A stretch of DNA of 43,906 nt from a bacterium. Lineage in GTDB: Bacteria > Zhuqueibacterota > Zhuqueibacteria > Zhuqueibacterales > Zhuqueibacteraceae. The stretch spans positions 1 to 43,906 of the forward strand of contig JBIOXB010000187.1 in the NCBI GenBank assembly GCA_044869275.1, given 5' to 3'. Below, in pieces: positions 8,808-18,195 of the stretch; the first letter of the stretch is position 1, and each line of letters opens with the position of its first letter. The notes under the pieces are model-generated. The model saw only the letters and a program-made list of their open reading frames with translations. It had not been told where the DNA came from and did not search any database. Made by a program: the position numbers and the translations under genes.

Positions 8808-10007
8808 TCATCTCCTGCGCTGAAACCAGCGCTCGCTGCCATTGATGGAAGCAGAGAATCGGAAGATATTCTCTTGTACGATATTCTCGAGGCCGCCGCG
8901 CTTGCCCCATTCGAACGCGAAATCAACGCTGCTCGCGCCGCGATTGAACGGCACGCCGAAACCCGCGGCCACGGTCTGTTCCAAAATGGTGTTGCCGTTG
9001 GCCTCGCGATAAGGCAATTGACTCTGATTGGCGCCGAGGCGATAATGCAGAGCCTTGCCTTCACGCAAACGGTCTCTGCCCGGCGTGAGTTCGAGGCCGA
9101 ATCCCAACGTGTAACTATTGGTGCCGTTCGCGCCGAGCAGGTCGGTGCTGCTCAATACTCCCCATTGCTGCGCGCGCGCTTCTGCCGAAAAAAGCCAGTG
9201 TGCGTTGGGGCGATACGCCAGGCCCGCGCCGCCCCACATAGGCAGCTTCGCTTCCACCGGCCGTGGAGTTTCCGCCAGAGAGAAGCGCGTATCCAAGCGC
9301 GTTTCGCCGCTCAAATTCACCGGCGCGCCCAGCACCACTCCCGCGTACAATTTTCTCAAATTTAATTGCACGCCGCCATGAAGGCCGAAACCGCGAAAAT
9401 TGGTGGTGCGCTTGTCCTCGGTGTAAAGATAATCGCCGGATACGAAATTCACGCGCCAGCTCTGGTTGACCAAGCCGAAATAAAAATCACCGGTCAGTCC
9501 CAAACGCAGGGGACCAATGGTCGAGCCCAGAGCCAGATAAAAAACGTTCAGCCCGCCGGTGCCGCTGATGAACTCCAGCACGCCCTTGCTGTCAACGGTG
9601 TCCGCCTCGATGAGCTGATAATTCACCTGGCTATAGGGCTGCAAGCCGAAAGCAACCGCGTAGCCGCGCTTAAGTGGAATCAAGATGCCCAAGCCGCTGA
9701 CGGTGAAGTCATGAAACATCGCCGTGCGTGCGCCGAGCTCGACGTCCGCGCGGTCGTAGCTCGCGGCGCCTTGAATGTGAGTGGTGCGGACGCTGCCCAG
9801 CGAGGCGGGATTCAAGTAGAAAATCGTCACGCTATCGGCGAAGGCAATGCCGGTTCCGCCCATGGCAATGGCTTTCACGCCGTCGCGAAAATAAAGCAGG
9901 CCGAAACCATAACGGGAATAATACGAACCGGCGTTGGCGCTCCTGGCCGGCAACATCAGGCCGGCGGCGAGAAGAATCAACGAGAGGTATTTATCGGCTC
10001 TTTTCAT
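8808..10007 (-). CDS. Outer-membrane beta-barrel protein (FadL/PorV-like, FCB type)
   Basis: Signal peptide (ANA-G); SYYSRYGFG, IAMGGTGIA and NPASLG N-terminal motifs; amphipathic strands; C-terminal ERWFQRRR. Start at ATG 10007. Confidence 0.78.
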   Translation of the reverse strand: MKRADKYLSLILLAAGLMLPARSANAGSYYSRYGFGLLYFRDGVKAIAMGGTGIAFADSVTIFYLNPASLGSVRTTHIQGAASYDRADVELGARTAMFHDFTVSGLGILIPLKRGYAVAFGLQPYSQVNYQLIEADTVDSKGVLEFISGTGGLNVFYLALGSTIGPLRLGLTGDFYFGLVNQSWRVNFVSGDYLYTEDKRTTNFRGFGLHGGVQLNLRKLYAGVVLGAPVNLSGETRLDTRFSLAETPRPVEAKLPMWGGAGLAYRPNAHWLFSAEARAQQWGVLSSTDLLGANGTNSYTLGFGLELTPGRDRLREGKALHYRLGANQSQLPYREANGNTILEQTVAAGFGVPFNRGASSVDFAFEWGKRGGLENIVQENIFRFSASINGSERWFQRRR

Positions 10008-11211
10008 GATCAAGCTCGCGAAGCGGTTGGTTTTCGGGAGTGAGGTTCGGCGGCGGCGGCGTGGTGTAGTCGATCGTGAGTTTGGGTGCCAGCATCGCAT
10101 TACTGGCTGCGGTGTGAAACGCCACGCGCTGCAAGTCGCGCGTCGGGGCCGAAGGTACGATCGCCAAACCCACATTGAATGCCGGCGCAATGAGCCAGCC
10201 TTGCACGGTCCCGGTGAGATTAAAGACCGCGGTGAGATCGTCCTTGCCCAGCAGTTCCGAAGCGCCCGTTCCGGGAAATCGCAACGTGAACCACAGGGAG
10301 TCTGCGGTGCGCTTCACCGAATCGACCAAAATAACCGTGCAGCTCAAGCCATCCGAGGTGACAAAAGTATTGTCATGGTCGAGATTCAGCGTCAACTCGG
10401 CACGGTTGACCGTGGCGTTCGCGGGCAGGGAATCGAGCGGTGAAAAACGCAGATAAGTTTCATATTCCTCCCCGTTGCCCACGTAGAAACGATCCTGCGG
10501 CAATGGCGCGGCGCGGCGAAAAATGAAGGCATCGGCAAGCGCGGCAAACCGCAAAGTCGTATCCGGCCTGCCGCTGCGGCTTTGCACAATCTCCAAAAAT
10601 GGAATCTTGAAGGTGCTTTGGCGCGAATAGAATTCGAACAAGACGTTTCTATCCAACGCGCGAATCAACACATTGACGGAATCCGTGGCCAGGGTCTTGA
10701 CATAAGTGGAATCCAGGTCAAATGACAGCGTGTCTTCATCGACGTTGCCGCGCAGGCTGTCCAGCGGGGCAAAAATCGCCTGGCCGATGTTCGCCGGATC
10801 AAAATAGGGTGCCGGCAAGTTATCCGCCTTGACCGAGTCTTCTCTCCAAGCGCGCGTGACCCGGTGCACGGTCGGGTTATAGGCACTGCCCTCTCCCGCC
10901 ACCAAATGCACCGGCAAAACCAACTTGGCGCTTTTGATTTCAATGCTGGTGATTCTGGTGAAGGCGATGAGAAATTCGCTGGTCACATTTTGCGCTTCGC
11001 CGGCCAAAAGAAAAGGGCTGCCACCAGTGTTGAATGTGGTCGTGAGGGAAGTGTCGTCCGCTGCAGGAGCAAGCGCGGTCTTCAAAATCTTGCCGACGTC
11101 GCCTTCGTCCACCAGATCGCGGCGCGCGCCGAGCGGCTCGTTATTGAAATCACAGGCGGCAGCCCCCAACGTTAAACTCAGGAACAGCAGCAGAACTCGA
11201 CTGAAATTCAT
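9991..11211 (-). CDS. Lipoprotein of unknown function (DUF4270/DNRLRE-like beta domains)
   Basis: MNFSRVLLLFLSLTLGAAAC lipobox; internal repeat IKSAKLVL...PFLEIVQ / VNRAELTL...PKLTIDY. Start at ATG 11211. Confidence 0.72.
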   Translation of the reverse strand: MNFSRVLLLFLSLTLGAAACDFNNEPLGARRDLVDEGDVGKILKTALAPAADDTSLTTTFNTGGSPFLLAGEAQNVTSEFLIAFTRITSIEIKSAKLVLPVHLVAGEGSAYNPTVHRVTRAWREDSVKADNLPAPYFDPANIGQAIFAPLDSLRGNVDEDTLSFDLDSTYVKTLATDSVNVLIRALDRNVLFEFYSRQSTFKIPFLEIVQSRSGRPDTTLRFAALADAFIFRRAAPLPQDRFYVGNGEEYETYLRFSPLDSLPANATVNRAELTLNLDHDNTFVTSDGLSCTVILVDSVKRTADSLWFTLRFPGTGASELLGKDDLTAVFNLTGTVQGWLIAPAFNVGLAIVPSAPTRDLQRVAFHTAASNAMLAPKLTIDYTTPPPPNLTPENQPLRELDHEKSR

Positions 11212-11264
11212 AGGCTCGCGGTTGTTGATGAAAAACTCACGGGGCAATGCCGGGCATGCAGAAT

Positions 11265-12533
11265 TCAAAGCGCACCGTCTGGCAGTCCCGTTTCCGGCAG
11301 TCGCTGATGCACGATTTCACCTTTTTTGATCACGCTATGCACCAAATTAACGCCGAAGTGATAGGGAATTTCTTGGACGGATTCGGCGTCGAAGAGGACC
11401 GCGTCGGCTTGCTTACCAACTTCCAAGGAGCCAATCTGGTTCCCGAGACCCAGAGCGTGCGCCGCGTGCAGCGTGGCGGCTATCAGGGCTTCTGCCGGCG
11501 CCATGCGCAGAGACAGGCACGCCAGCGTCATGATCATTGCCATGTTTTCCGTCATACAGGTGCCGGGATTGAAATCCGTGGCCACCGCCACCGGCAATTC
11601 GGCTGCGATCATGCCGCGCGCATCGGCGTACCGTGACGTGCCCATGAAAAAATCTGCGCCCGGCAATAACACGGGCACTACGCCGGCTTGTCGCAAAGCC
11701 GAATAAAGCGCCGGTGGTGTATGTTCCAGGTGGTCGGCAGAAACGGCTTTGGTTGAAATCGCAACTTCCGCGCCACCGCTGTCGGAAAGCTGATCCGCAT
11801 GAATCTTAGTCCGCAGGCCGTGCTGCGATGCCGCTTGCAATACCCGGCGCGATTCTTCCGCATTGAACACGTGAGCTTCGCAAAATACATCGGCAAAACG
11901 CGCCAATTTGCGCCCGGCCACTTGCGGCAGCATCTCGTCCAACACCAGCGCAAGATAATCCGCGCGGCGGTCGCGATATTCATCCGGCACTTCATGTGCA
12001 CCCAAAAAGGTCGGCACGATTTCCACGGCATGCTGCCGGCCCGCTTCCTGCAAAATCTCGAGAGAACGCAGCTCATGCTCGAGGCTCAGGCCGTAGCCGC
12101 TTTTGGCTTCGATCGTCGTCGTGCCGTATTCCAAAAAAGTATCTAGGCGCTGCAAAACGCGCTGCAACAGCTGCTCAGGTTCAGCCAAGCGCAGATCGCG
12201 TACGCTGTAGCGAATGCCACCGCCTTCGGCCGCGAGGTCGCGATAAGATTTGCCTTGCACACGCTGCACGAACTCATGCGCACGATGGTTGAAGAATACC
12301 GGGTGCGTGTGGCAATCCACGAACCCCGGAATCAATAAGCGGCCACCGGCGTCCAATTCGTCGCAAGGCGTCAATTCTTCCAATACATTCTGCTCATCGC
12401 CCACGCGCCTGATCACGCCGCTTTCGCAATACAAGGCGGCTGGAGAAATTTCGCGCAATTGCCAATTGGGCCGGCCTTCGGTGCTGGAGACCGGCGTGGC
12501 CAAGCGCGCATTAAGAATCAGCAACGCGCTCAT
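11265..12533 (-). CDS. hutI: Imidazolonepropionase
   Basis: [40 protein letters not shown] and ATDFNPG motifs; ATGA overlap with hutU. Confidence 0.97.
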   Translation of the reverse strand: MSALLILNARLATPVSSTEGRPNWQLREISPAALYCESGVIRRVGDEQNVLEELTPCDELDAGGRLLIPGFVDCHTHPVFFNHRAHEFVQRVQGKSYRDLAAEGGGIRYSVRDLRLAEPEQLLQRVLQRLDTFLEYGTTTIEAKSGYGLSLEHELRSLEILQEAGRQHAVEIVPTFLGAHEVPDEYRDRRADYLALVLDEMLPQVAGRKLARFADVFCEAHVFNAEESRRVLQAASQHGLRTKIHADQLSDSGGAEVAISTKAVSADHLEHTPPALYSALRQAGVVPVLLPGADFFMGTSRYADARGMIAAELPVAVATDFNPGTCMTENMAMIMTLACLSLRMAPAEALIAATLHAAHALGLGNQIGSLEVGKQADAVLFDAESVQEIPYHFGVNLVHSVIKKGEIVHQRLPETGLPDGAL

Positions 12534-14188
12534 AACATGGGAATTTTCACGCCGCGCTCGCGCGCGACCTCTTTTGCGAGATCATAACCCGCGTCGGCAT
12601 GCCGCGCCACGCCGATCCCGGGGTCGTTGGTCAACACGCGTTCCAGGCGACGCGCTGCCTCGGCCGTGCCGTCGGCGACGACCACCTGTCCGGCGTGAAT
12701 CGAATAACCAATGCCCACACCGCCGCCGTGATGCACGGAAACCCAGGACGCGCCCGAGGCGGTATTCAACAGCGCATTCAAAATCGGCCAATCGGCAATC
12801 GCGTCGGAGCCGTCGAGCATGGCCTCGGTTTCACGATTTGGCGAGGCCACGGAACCGCAATCGAGATGATCCCGGCCAATCACGATCGGCGCCTTGATTT
12901 TGCCGGAAGCGACCTGTTCATTCAATGCCAAACCGAACTTCGCCCGCTCGCCATAACCCAGCCAGCAAATTCGTGCTGGCAATCCTTGAAAAGCAACCTT
13001 TTCGCGCGCCATTTGGATCCAGCGCCGCAGCGCTTGATTCTGCGGGAACAATTCCAGCACGAGATTGTCGGTGATCGCAATATCTTCCGGATCACCGGAA
13101 AGCGCGGCCCAGCGAAACGGCCCCCGGCCTTCGCAAAATAACGGCCGCACGTACGCCGGCACAAAACCCGGGAAATCGAAGGCGTTGGCGACGCCGGCTT
13201 TTTGTGCCTGTGCGCGCAGGTTATTGCCATAGTCAAAAGTCACAGCGCCCATTTTTTGCAAATCCAGCATGGCGCGCACGTGCACAGCCATGGAAGCGTA
13301 GGCGCGCGCGATATATTCCTGCGGATGGCTCCGGCGCAGCGTCAGCGCTTCTTCATAAGGAATGCCGTGCGGCACATAGCCGTGCAATTCATCATGCGCG
13401 GAAGTTTGATCGGTCAAAACCTCCGGCACGATTTTTCGCCGGACGAGCTCGGGCAAAATATCCGCACAATTTCCGACGACCCCAAGCGAGAGCGCCTGGC
13501 GTTGCTGCTTGGCGGCAACGGCTTTTTGCAAAGCCTCGTCGAGAGTCTCGCACAGCACGTCGCAATAGCGATGCTGAATTCGGCGAAGGATGCGTTCGCG
13601 GTCCACCTCGATTACCAGACACACTGCGCCGTTCATCGTGGCCGCCAAGGGCTGCGCCCCGCCCATGCCGCCCATGCCGCCGGTGACCACCAGTCTTCCC
13701 GCCAGCGAGCCGCCGAAATGTTGATTCGCGACGGCGGCGAAAGTTTCGTACGTGCCCTGCAAAATGCCCTGCGTGCCGATGTAAATCCAACTGCCGGCGG
13801 TCATCTGGCCGTACATGATTAAGCCGCGGTCTTCCAATTCACGAAAATAGGCCGCGTTGGCCCAGGCCGGAACCAGCAGCGAGTTTGCAATCAACACGCG
13901 CGGGGCTTCGGCATGCGTGCGGAACACACCCACCGGCTTGCCGGATTGCACCAGCAGGGTTTCGTCATTTTCGAGGCGGCGCAGGCTGGCGACAATGGCA
14001 TCAAAGCATTCCCAATTGCGCGCGGCCTTGCCGCGTCCGCCATAAACCACCAAAGCGGCGGGATTCTCTCCCACTTCCTGGTCGAGATTGTTCATCAGCA
14101 TGCGCAACGCCGCTTCCTGCACCCAGCCTTTGCACGACAATTGTTTGCCGCGCGGCGCGCGAATGACGCGGGAGGATTGAGCAGGCAT
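12530..14188 (-). CDS. hutU: Urocanate hydratase
   Basis: [65 protein letters not shown] and HHGGGVG motifs. Confidence 0.99.
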   Translation of the reverse strand: MPAQSSRVIRAPRGKQLSCKGWVQEAALRMLMNNLDQEVGENPAALVVYGGRGKAARNWECFDAIVASLRRLENDETLLVQSGKPVGVFRTHAEAPRVLIANSLLVPAWANAAYFRELEDRGLIMYGQMTAGSWIYIGTQGILQGTYETFAAVANQHFGGSLAGRLVVTGGMGGMGGAQPLAATMNGAVCLVIEVDRERILRRIQHRYCDVLCETLDEALQKAVAAKQQRQALSLGVVGNCADILPELVRRKIVPEVLTDQTSAHDELHGYVPHGIPYEEALTLRRSHPQEYIARAYASMAVHVRAMLDLQKMGAVTFDYGNNLRAQAQKAGVANAFDFPGFVPAYVRPLFCEGRGPFRWAALSGDPEDIAITDNLVLELFPQNQALRRWIQMAREKVAFQGLPARICWLGYGERAKFGLALNEQVASGKIKAPIVIGRDHLDCGSVASPNRETEAMLDGSDAIADWPILNALLNTASGASWVSVHHGGGVGIGYSIHAGQVVVADGTAEAARRLERVLTNDPGIGVARHADAGYDLAKEVARERGVKIPML

Positions 14189-14206
14189 AGGCTACCCACC
14201 ACACAG

Positions 14207-14283
14207 AACGATCAATGGCGAATGGTCAATTGGGAATTGCGAAGAGCGAATGGTCAATTCACAATTGCTAGTTGACAATCAAC
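14207..14283. repeat. Degenerate heptamer tandem array, family A (11 units)
   Basis: aacgatc aatggcg aatggtc aattggg aattgcg aagagcg aatggtc aattcac aattgct agttgac aatcaac in unbroken 7-nt phase. Confidence 0.85.
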
Positions 14284-14287
14284 ATGA

Positions 14288-14358
14288 ACAAACAAAAAAG
14301 CCAGAACCAACCCTGCGCGCCTCGTTGCGGAAACGACGGAGGCAGAATCTCTCTGGCT
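14288..14358 (-). terminator. Terminator of the alpha cluster (extended stem)
   Basis: mRNA AGCCAGA...TCTGGCT then TTTTTGTTT; inner GATTCTGC/GCAGGGTT pairing; ~40 nt after the rplQ stop. Confidence 0.7.
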
Positions 14359-14400
14359 GACTGTCATCAATAACGGTGCATGGGAAATGGGCGCGGAGGC

Positions 14401-14886
14401 TCACTCCTTCTCTTTGCTCTCTTCCACCTTCTCCTTGCCGGCATCGCGCTCCGAAGCTTTCATGTCTTTGCGGCGCTTGCGTTCGGCGCGGCGTTCCGCG
14501 GCAGCTTGCTGTTTCTCGAGCTGCACCGTTTCAAACCCCACCAACTCCAAAATGGAAAGCTCCGCGCCGTCACCCTGGCGGCGGCCGAGCTTGAGCACGC
14601 GGGTATAGCCGCCGTTGCGCGAGGCGAATTTGGGCGCGATTTCGTCGAAGAGCAACTTGACGATGTCTCGCCGGCGCAGCTTGCTGTATACCAAGCGCTT
14701 GGCCGCGAGCGTGTTTTTCTTGGCGTGCGTGATCATGCGATCGGCCACACTCCGCGCCACTTTGGCTTTGGCCGTGGTCGTGCGCACGTGCTTGTGCTCG
14801 AACAAGGACGAGACCAAATTGGCCAGCATGGCCTTGCGATGGCTGGCCGTGCGGCTGAGTTTTTTCAAATCATTTCGATGTCTCAT
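14401..14886 (-). CDS. rplQ: 50S ribosomal protein L17
   Basis: MRHR..KKLSRTASHRKAML, TTTAKAK, RNGGYTRVLK; charged C-terminal tail. Confidence 0.99.
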   Translation of the reverse strand: MRHRNDLKKLSRTASHRKAMLANLVSSLFEHKHVRTTTAKAKVARSVADRMITHAKKNTLAAKRLVYSKLRRRDIVKLLFDEIAPKFASRNGGYTRVLKLGRRQGDGAELSILELVGFETVQLEKQQAAAERRAERKRRKDMKASERDAGKEKVEESKEKE

Positions 14887-14895
14887 GCTCCAACC

Positions 14896-15882
14896 TTACT
14901 CATTATCGCTGCGCAAATAGCGGTCCACGTCCATGCCGAAGCGCAGGCCTTTTTCTTCGAGAATCTGCGTCAATTCTTGCAACGATTTGCGGCCGAAGTT
15001 GCGGAACTTGAGCATCTCCTGCTCGTCGCGGCGCACCAAATCGCCGATGGTTTTGATATTCGCCGCCATCAAACAGTTGTAGGAACGCACAGAGAGCTCG
15101 AGCTCATCGACCGGCATGCGCAGCAGTTTGCGAATGCGGATCGCTTCTTCATCCACTTCCGCCGGCTCTTCTTCCTCCGGCTCGATTTCGAAATTGATGA
15201 AGAGATTGATGTGATCGCGCAGAATTTTGCCGGCGTAGGTCAGGCTGTCGTCCGGGGTGATGCTGCCGTCGGTGGTGATTTCGAGAATCAGCTTCTCATA
15301 GTCCGTGCGCTGCTGCACGCGCGTATTTTCAACGCGATAGCTGACGTTTTTGATCGGCGTGTAAATCGCATCCAGCGGTATGGCGCCGATGGGCATGTCG
15401 GGCAGCTTGTTTTCCTCCGCCGGCACGTAGCCGTGGCCGCGGCCGATGCGCAGCTCGATCTTGAAATCCGCGCCTTTGTTGAGTGTGGCAATGTGGTGAT
15501 CGGGGTTCAGAATTTCAAAGTCGGTGGTGCCATTTTGAATATCGCCGGCTTTGAACTCATGCGGGCCTTTCATTTCCAGCACCACGCGATCCGGCTTTTT
15601 GTTGATAAGCTTGAAGCGGACTTCTTTGAGATTTAAAATGATTTGGGTCACGTCTTCCACCACGCCGGCAACCGAGGAAAACTCGTGCAGCACGTTCTCG
15701 ATTCGAATCATGGTGATGGCCGCCCCCGGGAGCGAGGAAAGCAAGACGCGGCGCAGGGCGTTACCGATGGTCGTACCGAATCCGCGTTCGAGCGGTTGTA
15801 TGATGAATCTGCCGAAAGTGCTCGAGAAACTTTCATCTTCAAGCTCGACTCTTTCCGGCATTTGCAAATAGGGCCAACTCAT
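14896..15882 (-). CDS. rpoA: RNA polymerase alpha subunit
   Basis: PLERGFGTTIGNALRRVLLSS, LELSVRSYNCL and NFGRKSL motifs. Start likely ATG 15882 (GGAG upstream). Confidence 0.99.
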   Translation of the reverse strand: MSWPYLQMPERVELEDESFSSTFGRFIIQPLERGFGTTIGNALRRVLLSSLPGAAITMIRIENVLHEFSSVAGVVEDVTQIILNLKEVRFKLINKKPDRVVLEMKGPHEFKAGDIQNGTTDFEILNPDHHIATLNKGADFKIELRIGRGHGYVPAEENKLPDMPIGAIPLDAIYTPIKNVSYRVENTRVQQRTDYEKLILEITTDGSITPDDSLTYAGKILRDHINLFINFEIEPEEEEPAEVDEEAIRIRKLLRMPVDELELSVRSYNCLMAANIKTIGDLVRRDEQEMLKFRNFGRKSLQELTQILEEKGLRFGMDVDRYLRSDNE

Positions 15883-15906
15883 GTGAGGCATCTCCAATTC
15901 TTGTGG

Positions 15907-16010
15907 GAGCTTTCAGCCGTCCTGGTGATGTTGCGGCGGGGTTGCTTCCGCCCCTGGCGCCGGCTCCATCCGGCATTGCGACGGAAACGCATCACGCTGC
16001 TGCAAAGCTC
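15907..16010. other. Structured intergenic element between rpsD and rpoA
   Basis: GAGCTTT-CAGC/GCTGCAAAGCTC closing stem; GTGATG/CATCAC and GCCGG/CCGGC inner stems. Confidence 0.6.
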
Positions 16011-16013
16011 GAA

Positions 16014-16643
16014 TTACTTCGAATACAATTCAACGATCAGGTTTTCATTGATCTCGGTTGGAATATCGGCGCGGCCGGGAATGTCCAGCACGGTTCCGGT
16101 CATGTTCGCCTTGTTCAAATCCAACCAGGGCAAAAATTTGCCTTCACGCATTTTGCGCATCGAGGCGTGAATGAGCTCCATTTTGCGGCTCTTTTCGCGC
16201 ACTTTGATCACGTCGCCTGCCTTCACCAAATAGGAAGGGATGTCAACCAGGCGGTCATTAACCATGAAATGGCGGTGCCGCACCAATTGCCGCGCGGCAT
16301 TGCGCGAGGGTGCGAAGCCGAGGCGATAGACGATATTATCCAGCCGCCTTTCGAGCAGGCGCAGCAGGTTTTCGCCGGTGACGCCTTTCATGCGCAACGC
16401 CTTCTGGTAGGTGTTGGAGAATTGGCGCTCGAGCAAGCCGTAGATGCGGCGCATCTTCTGCTTTTCACGCAACTGCACGCCATATTCCGTCATTTTTGTA
16501 CGGCGCGTGCGGCCGTGCTGTCCCGGCGCAAAATTGCGCTTTTCCAGCGGACACTTGGGCGAAGTGCACTTCGAGCCCTTCAAAAACAGCTTCTTCTCTT
16601 CACGCCGGCACAATTTGCAGACCGGGCCGATGTATCTTGCCAT
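16014..16643 (-). CDS. rpsD: 30S ribosomal protein S4 (Cys-rich Zn type)
   Basis: [17 protein letters not shown]...KC, QLREKQK, LERRLDN, ARQLVRH and IVELYSK motifs. Confidence 0.99.
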   Translation of the reverse strand: MARYIGPVCKLCRREEKKLFLKGSKCTSPKCPLEKRNFAPGQHGRTRRTKMTEYGVQLREKQKMRRIYGLLERQFSNTYQKALRMKGVTGENLLRLLERRLDNIVYRLGFAPSRNAARQLVRHRHFMVNDRLVDIPSYLVKAGDVIKVREKSRKMELIHASMRKMREGKFLPWLDLNKANMTGTVLDIPGRADIPTEINENLIVELYSK

Positions 16644-16668
16644 ACTTTGTTATGCCTCCAACAGCAAA

Positions 16669-17058
16669 TTAGACGCGCCGGCGTTTCGGCGGCCGGCAAC
16701 CGTTATGGGGAATGGGAGTGACGTCTTTGATGGCACTGATTTCCAAACCCGCCACTTGCAACGAGCGCACGGCGGCTTCGCGCCCCGAGCCCGGACCGCT
16801 CACCAACACTTCGATGCGGCGCAGGCCCAGATCCATCGCTCCGCGAGCCGCGTTTTCCGCCGCAACCTGCGCGGCGAAGGGCGTGCTTTTGCGCGAGCCT
16901 TTGAATCCGACTTTGCCCGCCGAGGCCCACGTGATCACGTTGCCATAAACATCCGTGAGCGCGATGATGGTGTTATTGAAGGTCGCCTGAATGTGCGCAA
17001 AACCGTTGGGGTCGACCTTCTCTTTTTTCTTCGTGCGCTTTTTCTTGGGATTCGCCAA
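16669..17058 (-). CDS. rpsK: 30S ribosomal protein S11
   Basis: [23 protein letters not shown] and [18 protein letters not shown] motifs. True start TTG 17058 (AGGAG 7 nt upstream). Confidence 0.99.
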   Translation of the reverse strand: MANPKKKRTKKKEKVDPNGFAHIQATFNNTIIALTDVYGNVITWASAGKVGFKGSRKSTPFAAQVAAENAARGAMDLGLRRIEVLVSGPGSGREAAVRSLQVAGLEISAIKDVTPIPHNGCRPPKRRRV

Positions 17059-17079
17059 GATGATTCTCCTGGAAGTACT

Positions 17080-17152
17080 TATAATTGTCAAGTAGCAATT
17101 GGCCATTCACTATTGCTAATTGACCATTGACAATGGTTAATTGATCATGATC
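17080..17152. repeat. Heptamer array/palindrome, family A (rpsM-rpsK spacer)
   Basis: tataatt gtcaagt agcaatt ggccatt cactatt gctaatt gaccatt [gac] aatggtt aattgat catgatc. Confidence 0.82.
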
Positions 17153-17157
17153 AAATG

Positions 17158-17541
17158 CTACTTCGCCTTGCCCTTTGCGATTTTCACACCGCCGATGGTG
17201 CGGCGCTTGCCGCGGCGCGTGCGGGCATTGGTGTGCGTTCTTTGGCCGCGCACCGGCAGGCCCCGGCGATGCCGCAAGCCGCGATAGCAGCCGATGTCCA
17301 TGAGCCGCTTGATGTTCATGGAAATCTCCGCGCGCAGCGCACCTTCCACTTTATAATCGCCGAGGGCGGCGCGAATCTTCGCGACGTCGTCGGTGGAAAG
17401 GTCTTTCACGCGCGTATCGGGATTAACACCGGATTTCTGCAAAATGCTTTTCGCATTGTTGCGGCCGATGCCGTAAAGATACGTCAACGCGATTTCCACT
17501 CTTTTTTCACGGGGCAAATCAACGCCCGAAATGCGAGCCAT
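17158..17541 (-). CDS. rpsM: 30S ribosomal protein S13
   Basis: [18 protein letters not shown] and [26 protein letters not shown] motifs. Confidence 0.99.
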   Translation of the reverse strand: MARISGVDLPREKRVEIALTYLYGIGRNNAKSILQKSGVNPDTRVKDLSTDDVAKIRAALGDYKVEGALRAEISMNIKRLMDIGCYRGLRHRRGLPVRGQRTHTNARTRRGKRRTIGGVKIAKGKAK

Positions 17542-17586
17542 TTTTGGTCTCCGAACTGCGAAGCTGAAATCCGATTTTCACAACAC

Positions 17587-17717
17587 TTGTCGTGTGTGCT
17601 CCAGCCATATTCTCCCGGTCATGCGGCGGGAAGCCGGTGAGGCATCAACACGGTGTTCGATCCTTCACTAAATTCCCGAGGCAGGACAGTCAGGAACGGC
17701 TGGGAGCGCCACGGCGA
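17587..17717. ncRNA. Candidate structured RNA: ~130-nt rod-like hairpin in the rpmJ-rpsM spacer
   Basis: Nested stems TTGTCGTG/CACGGCGA, GTGCTCCAGCC/GGCTGGGAGCGC, GTCaTGC/GCAgGAC, CGGGAA/TTCCCG, GGTGAGG/CCTTCACT, AACAC/GTGTT. Confidence 0.45.
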
Positions 17718-17730
17718 AACACAATTCGCC

Positions 17731-17847
17731 TTATCCCTGGCGCTGTTTGTGCTTGGGGTTGGAGGGGCAAATCACCAACACCTTGCCTTTGCGACGAATG
17801 ATCTTGCACTTGTCACAAATTTTTCTCACGGAGGAACGAACTTTCAT
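17731..17847 (-). CDS. rpmJ: 50S ribosomal protein L36 (absent from the ORF track)
   Basis: Manual translation [38 protein letters not shown], 38 aa, Zn-type C/C/C/H. Confidence 0.99.
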   Translation of the reverse strand: MKVRSSVRKICDKCKIIRRKGKVLVICPSNPKHKQRQG

Positions 17848-17893
17848 GCTTTATTCCGTCAAAAGTAAAATCTTTTCAAAAAGTGAAAACCTG

Positions 17894-17941
17894 CTGACGC
17901 TTCACGCTTTACAGTTTCAATGAGGCGTCATTCGTCAAATG
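17894..17941. repeat. Heptamer palindrome, family B (infA-rpmJ spacer)
   Basis: ctgacgc ttcacgc tttacag ... tgaggcg tcattcg tcaaatg; stem TGACGCTTCA/TGAGGCGTCA. Confidence 0.65.
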
Positions 17942-17972
17942 CAAGCACGCTCTGCATTGAAGGGCAGCCCCA

Positions 17973-18191
17973 TCATTTGTAGCGATAGGTGATGCGGCCG
18001 CGGGTCAGATCATACGGCGACAATTCGACCGTCACTTTATCGCCTGGCAGGATTTTGATAAAGTGCATTCTCATTTTGCCCGAGATGTGCGCCAGCACTT
18101 TATGGCCGTTTTCCAATTCCACGCGAAAGGAAGCGTTCGGCAAGGTCTCGACGATCGTGCCGTCCACCTTGATCGATTCTTCTTTGGCCAT
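17973..18191 (-). CDS. infA: Translation initiation factor IF-1
   Basis: [22 protein letters not shown] and [15 protein letters not shown] motifs. Confidence 0.99.
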   Translation of the reverse strand: MAKEESIKVDGTIVETLPNASFRVELENGHKVLAHISGKMRMHFIKILPGDKVTVELSPYDLTRGRITYRYK

Positions 18192-18195
18192 AAGC

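Noticed and set aside
10008..10190. Long N-terminal overlap of the barrel ORF with the lipoprotein (possible frameshift fusion)
   Set aside because: A normal signal peptide starts at ATG 10007, and both genes look complete.
201..15636. Alternative-frame and antisense ORFs over the left-hand genes (e.g. 4283-5257, 6465-7568, 7253-8530, 14380-15636)
   Set aside because: They overlap well-supported genes and have no protein-family features.
17059..17106. 16-aa N-terminal extension of S11 in the ORF track
   Set aside because: It derives largely from the heptamer array; the SD and TTG at 17058 mark the real start.
14207..17152. Heptamer arrays as CRISPR repeats
   Set aside because: No 23-47 nt repeats with unique spacers and no cas genes.
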